NCBI GenBank assembly: GCA_963693365.1
Contig: CAVNZM010000016.1
Span: 6,183,029 to 6,247,028 of the forward strand
Reading direction: 5' to 3'
Length of the DNA stretch: 64,000 bases
DNA from: Amoebidium appalachense
Taxonomy: Eukaryota; Protista; Ichthyosporea
The notes beneath the pieces are model-generated. The model was not told where the DNA came from. It was given only the letters and a program-made list of their open reading frames with translations, and made no database searches. Shown here piece by piece: positions 63,751 through 64,000 of the stretch (positions are counted from its first letter, which is position 1; each line of letters starts with the position of its first letter). A program made the translations under genes and the position numbers.

Positions 63751-63807
63751 TGAGAAAGAAGAACGGCGGGGGAATTGTTTGGGAAAAGGAGCGGGGGGGG
63801 AGAGAGA

Positions 63808-63840
<33 letters not shown>

Positions 63841-64000
63841 GGGGAAGGGGGGGGGAGAGGGGGAGAGAGGGGGAGAGGGAGAGAGAGAGAGAGGGAGGGA
63901 GAGAACGAGAGAGAACGAAAGAGAGCGAGAGAGGGAGACAGAGAGAGAGAGAGGGAGGGAGAGAGAGGGAGAGGGAGAGAGAGAGGGAGAGAGAGAGGGA

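Overview
Eukaryotic genomic DNA with GT-AG introns, saturated with (CA)n/(TG)n, (GA)n/(TC)n and poly(C)/poly(G) tracts, which account for most of the supplied ORFs. The organism cannot be named from this window. I assembled five host genes by hand with consistent exon phases. (1) A secreted AA15-type LPMO fused to a GH18 chitinase (+, 9818-13070). (2) A ~1030-aa protein with an AT-hook and six C2H2 fingers (-, 28747-15161). (3) A ~25-exon FUSC/ArAE/ALMT-like membrane protein (+, 29981-52584). (4) An intronless aquaporin (-, 55510-54590). (5) Mitochondrial Tim22 (-, 61777-58787). Mobile DNA includes a disrupted APE-RT LINE (6050-9094), a LINE fragment, a TA-flanked MITE and two foldback-like elements. 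The most unusual signals are: a dispersed family (up to ~135 nt) with a covarying GTRC-TTC-GYAC hairpin and a poly(C) tail, sense-oriented in all seven intronic copies; acceptors built on (CA)n rather than a pyrimidine tract; local duplications of splice sites; and a tandem pair of covarying hairpins near 63.1-63.5 kb. Gene models and folds were made by eye and need RNA-seq, HMM and covariance confirmation. Homopolymer lengths and frameshifts may be assembly errors.
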